Positions 1 to 13,091 of a stretch of 64,000 nucleotides of DNA are shown piece after piece. The notes beneath the pieces were generated by a model. It was not told the DNA's origin. It searched no databases and was given only the letters and a program-made list of their open reading frames with translations. Origin of the DNA: Chrysomallon squamiferum. Taxonomy: Eukaryota; Animalia; Mollusca. The DNA is taken from contig CM022677.1 of assembly GCA_012295275.1 (NCBI GenBank), forward strand, positions 24,428,001 through 24,492,000, given 5' to 3'. Positions within the stretch are counted from its first letter, which is position 1. The number at the start of each line of letters is the position of its first letter. The translations under genes and the position numbers were made by a program.

Positions 1-44
1 AAAAAGTATACATCTTCTTCTGTTCAAGTTAACTATAAATACAA
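1..44 (+). mobile_element. Fragment of the L1/Tx1 LINE fossil (pre-zf-RVT region), opposite orientation to all other copies
   Basis: Reverse complement matches ~50961-51001 (gtgtttatagttaacttgaacagaagaagatgtatactttt) and the equivalents near 15980, 29470 and 61780. Confidence 0.75.
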
Positions 45-244
45 NNNNNNNNNNNNNNNNNNNNNNNNNNNNNNNNNNNNNNNNNNNNNNNNNNNNNNNN
101 NNNNNNNNNNNNNNNNNNNNNNNNNNNNNNNNNNNNNNNNNNNNNNNNNNNNNNNNNNNNNNNNNNNNNNNNNNNNNNNNNNNNNNNNNNNNNNNNNNNN
201 NNNNNNNNNNNNNNNNNNNNNNNNNNNNNNNNNNNNNNNNNNNN
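45..244. other. Assembly gap (200 N)
   Basis: Run of exactly 200 n characters. Confidence 0.99.
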
Positions 245-1539
245 ATAATTAATACTAATAATTATGATGATGATAAAATATTTTTAAAACTTTATTCGCT
301 AATTCACAGAGTTCAGTTTCGAGTTAAGTGGATAAGATGTAGACTTAGCGCTATGACATTTCCGCTATATGAGTCCCATGTAATGACTAATCTATTTATT
401 TACCATCATTATTATTTTGTTCGTTGTTTATTTTTTATTTAATTTTCTTATATTCTTTTTCTTCCATTCTTTTTTCTTAATTTAATGATTTATTATTATT
501 ATTATTATTGTCATTGTTATTGTTATTGTTTTTAATGGTGAAATTTTTAAACTCTACTGGTATAAAGAAAACTGTGCTTTTAGAAAATTGATCTCTTCAC
601 TGGATCAGGTTGATTGCTTTCTACTAAAATGTGATTCTACTGTACATCTACGTACTGACGATATAGACACAGCGGTACTGGTGTTCAGTTCTGTCTTCCG
701 TGTTTAAATAATAGACAAGATGTTTTGTTCCTCAACAGAAAATACTTTATTTACTGCATGTGTGTATGTATGTATCTGCCTACGTCTGTATATGTATTAT
801 GTATGTTTGTATAAATGTATGTATTTGTGCATGTATATACATATGTATATCTGTATGTTTATGTATGTATGTATATAAAAGTTGAATCAGAATATGCAGA
901 GCAAGCCCGTTTTTCAGTATACATCGTAAAGCATTGAAAAACTGGAGAAACAAACAACAACGATAAAATTAAATAAATAAAGGAAGCAATAAATAAATAA
1001 ATAAATAAAGCTCAGAATTATATTCTTTACCCTTTTCCTCATGCTAAGAATAGCGAGTTTAAATTGAGTGGATATGTATGACAATTAAAAGCTGTTTTAG
1101 AAAATGAAAATAAAACAAAATGGAAATAAATAAATAATATAAAATTAAATAATTAAGAAGAAGAAAATTGAACGAAACAAACATCCTAATATTTAAAAGA
1201 CATCTAATAACAATAATAATGTTTCGACAAATGTCTGGGCACGTGAGCAAAACGTGTGACACATTTCGCTGATTTGGGGCATGCGCTTAAAACAGGTTTA
1301 GTCCCTGATCTTTGATTTAAAACACCACACAGGGAATGGAAACAAAGGAAATAAAATATTGCTTTGTTTTTAGGGTAATGATCATTTTAATATCATTTCA
1401 ATATATAATTCTGTCTCCTCACTATTATCGTCAGTTATGATATTTTATCACAATTCAATTTTTTTTTTATTGTCTTAAACATTCATTTTTCTTCCTTTTT
1501 TAACTTTTTTTCTTCACAGAAACCATTCAGCAGTAATCT

Positions 1540-1584
<45 letters not shown>

Positions 1585-1743
1585 TTATTCAACTTTTTCA
1601 TTGCGTAATATTTATTTTGTAAGTAAGTTAGAATAAAAGAGAGGATTTAAAAACTGGAATAAATACCTGAACAGTTTCTATTGTTTTGTAGAAAAAAGTC
1701 ACCTTGTAAATGACAAAACCGTTTTGCTTACGGCACATGCGCC

Positions 1744-2817
1744 TAAAACTGTCAAGTGATGACACTCTACTGCAGGTAACTAAAACTGTCAAGACATGAC
1801 ACTCTACTGCAGGTAACTAAAACTGTCAAGTGATGACACTCTATTACAGGTAACTAAAACTATCAAGTGATGACACTCTACTGCAGGTAACTAAAACTGT
1901 CAAGTCATGACACTCTATTACAGGTAACTAAAACTATCAAGTGATGACACTCTACTGCAGGTAACTAAAACTGTCAAGTCATGACACTCTATTACAGGTA
2001 ACTAAAACTATCAAGTCATGACACTCTATTATAGGTAACTAAAACTGTCAAGTCATGACACTCTATTACAGGTAACTAAAACTATCAAGTGATGACACTC
2101 TACTGCAGGTAACTAAAACTGTCAAGTCATGACACTCTATTACAGGTAACTAAAACTATCAAGTGATGACACTCTACTGCAGGTAACTAAACCTGTCAAG
2201 TCATGACACTCTACTGCAGGTAACTAAAACTGTCAAGTCATGATGACTCTATTACAGGTAACTAAAACTGTCAAGTGATGACACTCTATTACAGGTAACT
2301 AAAACTATCAAGTGATGACACTCTACTGCAGGTAACTAAAACTGTCAAGTCATGACACTCTATTACAGGTAACTAAAACTATCAAGTGATGACACTCTAC
2401 TGCAGGTAACTAAAACTGTCAAGTCATGACACTCTACTGCAGGTAACTAAAACTGTCAAGTCATGACTCTATTACAGGTAACTAAAACTGTCAAGTGATG
2501 ACACTCTATTACAGGTAACTAAAACTATCAAGTGATGACACTCTACTGCAGGTAACTAAAACTATCAAGTCATGACACTCTATTACAGGTAACTAAAACT
2601 ATCAAGTCATGACACTCTACTGCAGGTAACTAAAACTGTCAAGTCATGACACTATTACAGGTAACTAAAACTATCAAGTGATGACACTCTACTGCAGGTA
2701 ACTAAAACTATCAAGTCATGACACTCTATTACAGGTAACTAAAACTATCAAGTCATGACATGCTATTACAGGTAACTAAAACTATCAAGTCATGACATGC
2801 TATTGCAGGTAACTAAA
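1744..2817. repeat. 37-bp minisatellite, ~29 units
   Basis: Head-to-tail unit aaaact(g/a)tcaagt(c/g)atgacactcta(tta/ctg)caggtaact; period 37 (2041 to 2078); no spacers. Confidence 0.97.
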
Positions 2818-2925
2818 AACGGGTAGTTTTGGTTCGTTGATCTTATACGTGTGTTCAGTTGTGAAAACGGACCCGTTGAAGTTGCGAATAAATTGTTTCA
2901 TTTAAAATAAATAAATAAATGAATA

Positions 2926-2990
2926 TATAGATAGATAGATAGATAGGTAGGTTGGTAGGTTGGTAGGTAGGTAGGTAGGTAGGTAGGTAT
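2926..2990. repeat. Compound (TAGA)n(TAGG)n microsatellite (also ~6426-6503, ~9869-9926; (TAGA)n at ~42006-42042)
   Basis: Read directly from the sequence. Confidence 0.9.
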
Positions 2991-3271
2991 ATAGATATAT
3001 AAAAAAATATATATATAATTAAATAAAACAAAATAAAAATTAAGCAATAAATAAAATGAATTCAAATAAAATAAAATAAAGTCACATTCTAATATTTAAA
3101 ATATATCGAATAATAATAATTATTTTTCGAAAAATGTCTGGGCACCTGAGAAAATATGTATGACAATACGCCGATTTGGGCATGCGCACTTCAAAGAGAT
3201 CCCCCCTCATCTTTGTTATCAAGCATACAAACCAAATACCGAAATAAAGAATAAATATTATATATATTTTA

Positions 3272-3320
<49 letters not shown>

Positions 3321-5205
3321 TTATATACATACAATCATATATATATATTTTAATGTTTCAGTGCGTAATATTTATTTTGTAAGTAAGTTAGTAATAAAAC
3401 AGGAGATATGAAAACTAGAGTACATTGAAAATTCTTTCTTCTTTCGTATAGGAAAGTCACCTTGCAAATGACAAAATATATGCTTATGTCACATGCGCCT
3501 AAAACTGTCAAGTCATGACACTCTATGTTAAAACAGCAGCTTGTTGATTGTGTTCGTCAATCACATAGATATGGCGAGTTCTGATAACTGACCCGTTGAA
3601 GTTAAGAATTAATTGTTCAGTTTAAAATAAATGCCACTAGGTTACTTCCACTTCCATGAACTCTATTGCGATTCGAAAAAGAAAGGCAGACATTTTATAT
3701 TTTTAAAAGAAAATTAAAGTAAAATAATTAATACTAATAATTATGATGATGATAAAATATTTTTAAAACTTTATTCGCTAATTCACAGAGTTCAGTTTCG
3801 AGTTAAGTGGATAAGATGTAGACTTAGCGCTATGACATTTCCGCTATATTAGTCCCATGTAATGACTAATCCATTTATTTACCATCATTATTATTTTTTC
3901 GTTGTTTATTTTTTATTTAATTTTCTTATATTCTTTTTCTTCCATTCTTTTTTCTTAATTTAATGATTTATTATTATTATTATTATTGTCATTGTTATTT
4001 GTTATTTTTTTAATGGTGAAATTTTTAAACTCTACTGGTATAAAGAAAACTGTGCTTTTAGAAAATTGATCTCTTCACTGGATCAGGTTGATTGCTTTCT
4101 ACTAAAATGTGATTCTACTGTACATCTACGTACTGACGATATAGACACAGCGGTACTGGTGTTCAGTTCTGTCTTCCGTGTTTAAATAATAGACAAGATG
4201 TTTTGTTCCTCAACAGAAAATACTTTATTTACTGCATGTGTGTATGTATGTATCTGCCTACGTCTGTATATGTATTATGTATGTTTGTATAAATGTATGT
4301 ATTTGTGCATGTATATACATATGTATATCTGTATGTTTATGTATGTATGTATATAAAAGTTGAATCAGAATATGCAGAGCAAGCCCGTTTTTCAGTATAC
4401 ATCGTAAAGCATTGAAAAACTGGAGAAACAAACAACAACGATAAAATTAAATAAATAAAGGAAGCAATAAATAAATAAATAAATAAAGCTCAGAATTATA
4501 TTCTTTACCCTTTTCCTCATGCTAAGAATAGCGAGTTTAAATTGAGTGGATATGTATGACAATTAAAAGCTGTTTTAGAAAATGAAAATAAAACAAAATG
4601 GAAATAAATAAATAATATAAAATTAAATAATTAAGAAGAAGAAAATTGAACGAAACAAACATCCTAATATTTAAAAGACATCTAATAACAATAATAATGT
4701 TTCGACAAATGTCTGGGCACGTGAGCAAAACGTGTGACACATTTCGCTGATTTGGGCATGCGCGCTTAAAACAGGTTTAGTCCCTGATCTTTGATTTAAA
4801 ACACCACACAGGGAATGGAAACAAGGAAATAAAATATTGCTTTGTTTTTAGGGTAATGATCATTTTAATATCATTTCAATATATAATTCTGTCTCCTCAC
4901 TATTATCGTCAGTTATGATATTTTATCACAATTCAATTTTTTTTTTATTGTCTTAAACATTCATTTTTCTTCCTTTTTTAACTTTTTTTCTTCACAGAAA
5001 CCATTCAGCAGTAATCTTACACATATATATATATATATATTTTTTTTTATTCAACTTTTTCATTGCGTAATATTTATTTTGTAAGTAAGTTAGAATAAAA
5101 GAGAGGATTTAAAAACTGGAATAAATACCTGAACAGTTTCTATTGTTTTGTAGAAAAAAGTCACCTTGTAAATGACAAAACCGTTTTGCTTACGGCACAT
5201 GCGCC

Positions 5206-6313
5206 TAAAACTGTCAAGTGATGACACTCTACTGCAGGTAACTAAAACTGTCAAGACATGACACTCTACTGCAGGTAACTAAAACTGTCAAGTCATGACA
5301 CTCTATTACAGGTAACTAAAACTATCAAGTCATGACACTCTATTATAGGTAACTAAAACTGTCAAGTCATGACACTCTATTACAGGTAACTAAAACTATC
5401 AAGTGATGACACTCTACTGCAGGTAACTAAAACTGTGTCAAGTCTAAAACTGTGACATGACTCTATTACAGGTAACTAAAACTATCAAGTGATGACACTC
5501 TATTATAGGTAACTAAAACTGTCAAGTCATGACACTCTATTACAGGTAACTAAAACTATCAAGTGATGACACTCTACTGCAGGTAACTAAAACTGTCAAG
5601 TCATGACACTCTATTACAGGTAACTAAAACTATCAAGTGATGACACTCTACTGCAGGTAACTAAACCTGTCAAGTCATGACACTCTACTGCAGGTAACTA
5701 AAACTGTCAAGTCATGACTCTATTACAGGTAACTAAAACTGTCAAGTGATGACACTCTATTACAGGTAACTAAAACTATCAAGTGATGACACTCTACTGC
5801 AGGTAACTAAAACTGTCAAGTCATGACACTCTATTACAGGTAACTAAAACTATCAAGTGATGACACTCTACTGCAGGTAACTAAAACTGTCAAGTCATGA
5901 CACTCTACTGCAGGTAACTAAAACTGTCTACTGCAGGTAACTAAAACTGTCAAGTCATGACTCTATTACAGGTAACTAAAACTGTCAAGTCATGACACTC
6001 TATTACAGGTAACTAAAACTATCAAGTGATGACACTCTACTGCAGGTAACTAAAACTATCAAGTCATGACACTCTATTACAGGTAACTAAAACTATCAAG
6101 TCATGACACTCTACTGCAGGTAACTAAAACTGTCAAGTCATGACACTATTACAGGTAACTAAAACTATCAAGTGATGACACTCTACTGCAGGTAACTAAA
6201 ACTATCAAGTCATGACACTTTATTACAGGTAACTAAAACTATCAAGTCATGACATGCTATTACAGGTAACTAAAACTATCAAGTCATGACATGCTATTGC
6301 AGGTAACTAAAAC
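5206..6313. repeat. 37-bp minisatellite, ~30 units
   Basis: Same unit as 1744-2817, with garbled units near 5430-5460 and 5925-5940. Confidence 0.97.
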
Positions 6314-6425
6314 TGCAGCGGGTAGTTTTGGTTCGTTGATCTTATACGTGTGTTCAGTTGTGAAAACGGACCCGTTGAAGTTGCGAATAAATTGTTTCAT
6401 TTAAAATAAATAAATAAATGAATAT

Positions 6426-6465
<40 letters not shown>

Positions 6466-6791
6466 GTAGGTTGGTAGGTTGGTAGGTAGGTAGGTAGGTA
6501 GGTATATAGATATATAAAAAAAAATATATATAATTAAATAAAACAAAATAAAAATTAAGCAATAAATAAAATGAATTCAAATAAAATAAAATAAAGTCAC
6601 ATTCTAATATTTAAAATATATCGAATAATAATAATTATTTTTCGAAAAATGTCTGGGCACCTGAGAAAATATGTATGACAATACGCCGATTTGGGCATGC
6701 GCGCTTCAAAGAGATCCCCCCCCCCTCATCTTTGTTATCACAGCATACAAACCAAATACCGAAATAAAGAATAAATATTATATATATTTTA

Positions 6792-6840
<49 letters not shown>

Positions 6841-8755
6841 TTATATACATACAATCATATATATATATTTTAATGTTTCAGTGCGTAATATTTATTTTGT
6901 AAGTAAGTTAGTAATAAAACAGGAGATATGAAAACTAGAGTACATACGTGAAAATTCTTTCTTCTTTCGTATAGGAAAGTCACCTTGCAAATGACAAAAT
7001 ATATGCTTATGTCACATGCGCCTAAAACTGTTAAGTCATGACACTCTATTGCAGGTAACTAAAACAGCAGCTTGTTGATTGTGTTCGTCAATCACATAGA
7101 TATGGCGAGTTCTGATAACTGACCCGTTGAAGTTAAGAATTAATTGTTCAGTTTAAAATAAATGCCACTAGGTTTCTTCCGCTTGCATCAACACTATTGC
7201 GATTCGAAAAAGAAAGGCAGACATTTTATATTTTTAAAAGAAAATTAAAGTAAAATCATTAATACTAATAATTATGATGATGATAAAATATTTTTAAAAC
7301 TTCTTGGCAAAACAAACTTGCTATTCTGTAATTCACAGAGTTCAGTTTCGAGTTAGCTGGGTAAGATGTAGACTTAGCGCTATGAGATTTCTGCTATATA
7401 TATTAGTCCCATGTAATGACTAATCCATTTATTTACCATCATTATTATTTTTTTCGTTGTTTATTTTTTATTTAATTTTCTTATATTCTTTTTCTTTCAT
7501 TCTTTTTTCTGAATTTAATGATTTATTATTACTATTATTATTGTCATTGTTATTCTGTTTTTTTTTAATGGTGAAATTTTTAAACTCTACTGGTATAAAC
7601 AAAACTATGCTTTTAGAAAATTGATCTCTTCACTGGATCAGGTTGATTGCATTCTACTGAAATGTGATTCTACTGTACATCTACGTACTGACGATATAGA
7701 CACAGCGGTACTGGTGTTTAGTTCTGTCTTCCGTTTAAATAATAGACAAGATGTTTTGTTCCTCAACAGAAAATACTTTATTTACTGCATGTGTGTAGGT
7801 ATGTATCTGCCTACGTCTGTATATGTATTATGTATGTTTGTATAAATGTATGTATTTGTGCATGTATATACATATGTATATCTGTATGTTTATGTATGTA
7901 TGTATATAAAAGTTGAATCAGAATATGCAGAGCAAGCCCGTTTTTCAGTATACATCGTAAAGCATTGAAAAACTGGAGAAACAAACAACAACGATAAAAT
8001 TAAATAAATAAAGGAAGCAATAAATAAATAAATAAATAAAGCTCAGAATTATATTCTTTACCCTTTTCCTCATGCTAAGAATAGCGAGTTTAAATTGAGT
8101 GGATATGTATGACAATTAAAAGCTGTTTTAGAAAATGAAAATAAAACAAAATGGAAATAAATAAATAATATAAAATTAAATAATTAAGAAGAAGAAAATT
8201 GAACGAAACAAACATCCTAATATTTAAAAGACATCTAATAACAATAATAATGTTTCGACAAATGTCTGGGCAAAACGTGAGCAAAACGTGACACATTTTG
8301 CTGATTTGGGCATGCGCGCTTAAAACAGGTTTAGTCCCTGATCTTTGATTTAAAACACCACACAGGGAATGGAAACAAGGAAATAAAATATTGCTTTGTT
8401 TTTAGGGTAATGATCATTTTAATATCATTTCAATATATAATTCTGTCTCCTCACTATTATCGTCAGTTATGATATTTTATCACAATTCAATTTTTTTTTT
8501 TATTGTCTTAAACATTCATTTTTCTTCCTTTTTTAACTTTTTTTCTTCACAGAAACCATTCAGCAGTAATCTTACATATATATATATATATATTTTTTAT
8601 TCAACATTTTCATTGCGTAATATTTATTTTGTAAGTAAGTTAGAATAAAAGAGAGGATTTAAAAACTGGAATAAATACCTGAACAGTTTCTATTGTTTTG
8701 TAGAAAAAAGTCACCTTGTAAATGACAAAACCGTTTTGCTTACGGCACATGCGCC

Positions 8756-9757
8756 TAAAACTGGCAAGTGATGACACTCTACTGCAGGTAACTAAAACTG
8801 TCAAGACATGACACTCTACTGCAGGTAACTAAAACTGTCAAGTCATGACACTCTATTACAGGTAACTAAAACTATCAAGTCATGACACTCTATTATAGGT
8901 AACTAAAACTGTCAAGTCATCACACTCTATTACAGGTAACTAAAACTATCAAGTGATGACACTCTACTGCAGGTAACTAAAACTGTCAAGTCATGACACT
9001 CTATTACAGGTAACTAAAACTATCAAGTCATGACACTCTATTACAGGTAACTAAAACTATCAAGTGATGACACTCTACTGCAGGTAACTAAAACTGTCAA
9101 GTCATGACACTCTACTGCAGGTAACTAAAACTGTCAAGTCATGACACTCTATTACAGGTAACTAAAACTATCAAGTGATGACACTCTACTGCAGGTAACT
9201 AAAACTGTCAAGTCATGACACTCTATTACAGGTAACTAAAACTATCAAGTGATGACACTCTACTGCAGGTAACTAAAACTATCAAGTCATGACACTCTAT
9301 TACAGGTAACTAAAACTATCAAGTGATGACACTCTACTGCAGGTAACTAAAACTATCAAGTCATGACACTCTACTGCAGGTAACTAAAACTGTCAAGTCA
9401 TGACTCTATTACAGGTAACTAAAACTGTCAAGTCATGACACTCTATTACAGGTAACTAAAACTATCAAGTGATGACACTCTACTGCAGGTAACTAAAACT
9501 ATCAAGTCATGACACTCTATTACAGGTAACTAAAACTATCAAGTCATGACACTCTACTGCAGGTAACTAAAACTGTCAAGTCATGACACTATTACAGGTA
9601 ACTAAAACTATCAAGTGATGACACTCTACTGCAGGTAACTAAAACTATCAAGTCATGACACTTTATTACAGGTAACTAAAACTATCAAGTCATGACATGC
9701 TATTACAGGTAACTAAAACTATCAAGTCATGACATGCTATTGCAGGTAACTAAAACT
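8756..9757. repeat. 37-bp minisatellite, ~27 units
   Basis: Same unit as 1744-2817. Confidence 0.97.
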
Positions 9758-10214
9758 GCAGCGGGTAGTTTTGGTTCGTTGATCTTATACGTGTGTTCAG
9801 TTGTGAAAACGGACCCGTTGAAGTTGCGAATAAATTGTTTCATTTAAAATAAATAAATAAATGAATATATAGATAGATAGATAGATAGGTAGGTTGGTAG
9901 GTTGGTAGGTAGGTAGGTAGGTAGGTATATAGATATATAAAAAAATATATATATAATTAAATAAAACAAAATAAAAATTAAGCAATAAATAAAATGAATT
10001 CAAATAAAATAAAATAAAGTCACATTCTAATATTTAAAATATATCGAATAATAATAATTATTTTTCGAAAAATGTCTGGGCACCTGAGAAAATATGTATG
10101 ACAATACGCCGATTTGGGCATGCGCGCTTCAAAGAGATCCCCCCCCCCTCATCTTTGTTATCACAGCATACAAACCAAATACCGAAATAAAGAATAAATA
10201 TTATATATATTTTA

Positions 10215-10266
<52 letters not shown>

Positions 10267-11739
10267 TTATATACATACAATCATATATATATATTTTAAT
10301 GTTTCAGTGCGTAATATTTATTTTGTAAGTAAGTTAGTAATAAAACAGGAGATATGAAAACTAGAGTACATACGTGAAAATTCTTTCTTCTTTCGTATAG
10401 GAAAGTCACCTTGCAAATGACAAAATATATGCTTATGTCACATGCGCCTAAAACTGTTAAGTCATGACACTCTATTGCAGGTAACTAAAACAGCAGCTTG
10501 TTGATTGTGTTCGTCAATCACATAGATATGGCGAGTTCTGATAACTGACCCGTTGAAGTTAAGAATTAATTGTTCAGTTTAAAATAAATGCCACTAGGTT
10601 TCTTCCGCTTGCATGAACACTATTGCGATTCGAAAAAGAAAGGCAGACATTTTATATTTTTAAAAGAAAATTAAAGTAAAATCATTAATACTAATAATTA
10701 TGATGATGATAAAATATATTTAAAACTTCTTGGCAAAACAAACTTGCTATTCTGTAATTGACAGAGTTCAGTTTCGAGTTAGCTGGGTAAGATGTAGACT
10801 TAGCGCTATGAGATTTCTGCTATATATATTAGTCCCATGTAATGACTAATCCATTTATTTACCATCATTATTATTTTGTTCGTTGTTTATTTTTTATTTA
10901 ATTTTCTTTCATTCTTTTTTCTGAATTTAATGATTTATTATTATTATTATTATTGTCATTGTTATTGTTATTGTTTTTAATGGTGAAATTTTTAAACTCT
11001 ACTGGTATAAACAAAACTGTGCTTTTAGAAAATTGATCGCTTCACTGGATCAGGTTGATTGCTTTCTACTAAAATGTGATTCTACTGTACATCTACGTAC
11101 TGACTATGTAGACACAGCGGTACTGGTGTTCAGTTCTGTCTTCCGTTTAAATAATAGACAATATGTTTTGTTCCTCAACAGAAAATACTTTATGTACTGC
11201 ATGTGTGTAGGTATGTGTGTGTGCATGCGTCTGTACATGTATTTTGTATGTTTGTATAAATGTATGTATTTGTGTATGTATGTACATATGTATGTATGTA
11301 TATAAAAGTTGAATCAGAATATGCAGAGCAAGCCCGTTTTTCAGTATACATCGTAAAGCATTGAATAATTGGAGTAACAAACAACAACGATAAAATTAAA
11401 TAAATAAAGGAAGCAATAAATAAATAAATAAATAAAGCTTAGAATTATATTCTTTACCCTTTTGCTCATGCTAAGAATAGCGAATTTAAATTGAGTGGAA
11501 ATGTATGATAATTCAAAGGTGTTTTAGAAAATGAAAAAAATACAAAATGGAAATAAATAAATAATATAAAATTAAATAATTAAGAAGAAGAAAATTGAAC
11601 GAAACAAACATCCTAATATTTAAAAGACATCTAATAACAATAATAATGTTTCGACAAATGTCTGGGCACGTGAGCAAAACGTGTGACACATTTCGCTGAT
11701 TTGGGCATGCGCGCTTAAAACAGGTTTCCCTCACTGACA

Positions 11740-11945
11740 GTAACAGTATTCTAGAATGTCTGAACATGTTTCCATAACCAAAAACAAATTCACATTTATC
11801 TGATTGCTTTATATCATATAATACCAAATGCTTATTTGTTGTTAAGATAACTAACAAGATATTGTACTGAAAGTATCTAAGTCCTGTGTCTCTAGTTAGC
11901 TTGAACAGAAAATACATACTTTTCCATCATTTGACATAGAAATGT
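11740..11945 (-). mobile_element. L1/Tx1 ORF2 zf-RVT fragment embedded in the macrosatellite (also ~22520-22745, ~25460-25670, ~34180-34385, ~41095-41180, ~46195-46400, ~57955-58100)
   Basis: Translates as KLTRDTGLRYFQYNILLVILTTNKHLVLYDIKQSDKCEF, matching the LINE pattern T.DTKLR.FQYKILHRIL.TN..L....IK.S..C.FC. Homologous to 15840-16030. Confidence 0.8.
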
Positions 11946-12075
11946 ATACCAAAAGAAAGCAAAAGTAAAATAAATAATAGTAATAATGTCGATATAATAA
12001 ATGAATAAATTAATAAACAAATACATAAAAGAAAGAAACATGCTAATATTTAAAAGACATCTAATAATAATATCA

Positions 12076-12276
12076 TAGTGGGGAAAACGCCTGGCTTGGA
12101 CATGCGATCAGCAGATTAAAATAAAATATATTTAACAATAGCAACCAAAGTTATAAAGCCAAAGTCGTCAAGTTACAATCTAATTAATTATATGTCTGTT
12201 CTTAATTATCTATAGTTAAGTATATTTTATTTTAATCTGCTGATGGTAGGTCCATGCGAGGCGTATCTTCCCACTA
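12076..12276. mobile_element. ~200-bp MITE (non-autonomous DNA transposon) with long imperfect terminal inverted repeats
   Basis: Left end tagtggggaaaacgcct...atcagcagattaaaataaaatatatttaac pairs with right end gttaagtatattttattttaatctgctgat...aggcgtatcttcccacta. Absent from paralogous modules (e.g. ~25790, ~46515). Confidence 0.88.
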
Positions 12277-13049
12277 TGATAGTAATGATAATGTTTCGAC
12301 AAATGTCTGTGGGCACGTCAGCAAAACTTGTGTGTCACAATTCGCTGATTTGGGCATGCGCACTTAAAACAGGTTTTGCCCCTTTTGTTAAGACATTACA
12401 CACAGGAAATCGAAACAAGGAAATAAAATATTGCTTTGTTTTTAGAGTAATGACCATTTTAACATCATTTACATATTAAATTTTGTCTCCTCACTATTTC
12501 TGTCAGCTGAAATATTTTATCACAATTAATATTTTTTTTGATCGTTTTCAACTTTCATTTTTCTTCGTTTATTAAGTTTCTTTGTTCACAGAAACCGTTC
12601 AACGGTAGTGTTATATATATATACATATACATATACATATACATACATATATTTAAATGTTTCAGTGCGTAATATTTATTTTGTAAGTAAGTTAGTAATA
12701 AAAGAGACGATATAAAAACTGGAATAAATACCTGAAAATTCTTTCTTGTTTCGTATAGGAAAGTCACCTTGTAAATGACAAAATGTTTGCTTACGGCAAA
12801 TGCGCTGAAAACTTTCAAGTCATAACATGCTATTGCAGGTTACTAAAACTGCAGCGGGTGGTTTTTGTTCATTGATCTTATAGGTGTGTTCAGTTGTGAG
12901 AACTGACCGGTTGAAGTTGCGAATAAATTGTTTCATTTAAAATAAATAAATAAATAAATAAAAATTAAGAAATAAAGAAAATGAATTAAAATAATATAAA
13001 ATAAAATAACTTTATTATTCCTAAATATTATTGTTATTGTTATTATGAA

Positions 13050-13091
<42 letters not shown>

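Larger units (their letters stand above)
245..11725. repeat. Tandem array of ~3.5-kb near-identical units (3 full plus the start of a 4th)
   Basis: The anchor ataattaatactaataattatgatgatgataaaata recurs at ~245, ~3723, ~7257 and ~10681. Downstream sequence and ORF-track peptides repeat almost identically (e.g. 1059/4537/8090). Confidence 0.95.

Noticed and set aside
1744-2817. 37-bp repeats resembling a CRISPR array
   Set aside because: Units are head-to-tail with no unique spacers, there are no cas genes, and the context is eukaryotic.
6671-6931. Recurrent small ORFs with poly-Leu/Ile 'transmembrane' stretches (MYDNTPIW..., MGMRASKR...)
   Set aside because: The hydrophobic runs are translated (TTA)n microsatellites, and frames are not conserved between module copies.
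7621-7845. Repeated ORF SSLDQVDCILLKCDSTVHLRTD and the MSHVLLTCPDIC family
   Set aside because: Recurrence reflects DNA duplication. Starts are mostly non-ATG, ends vary, and no domain is recognisable.
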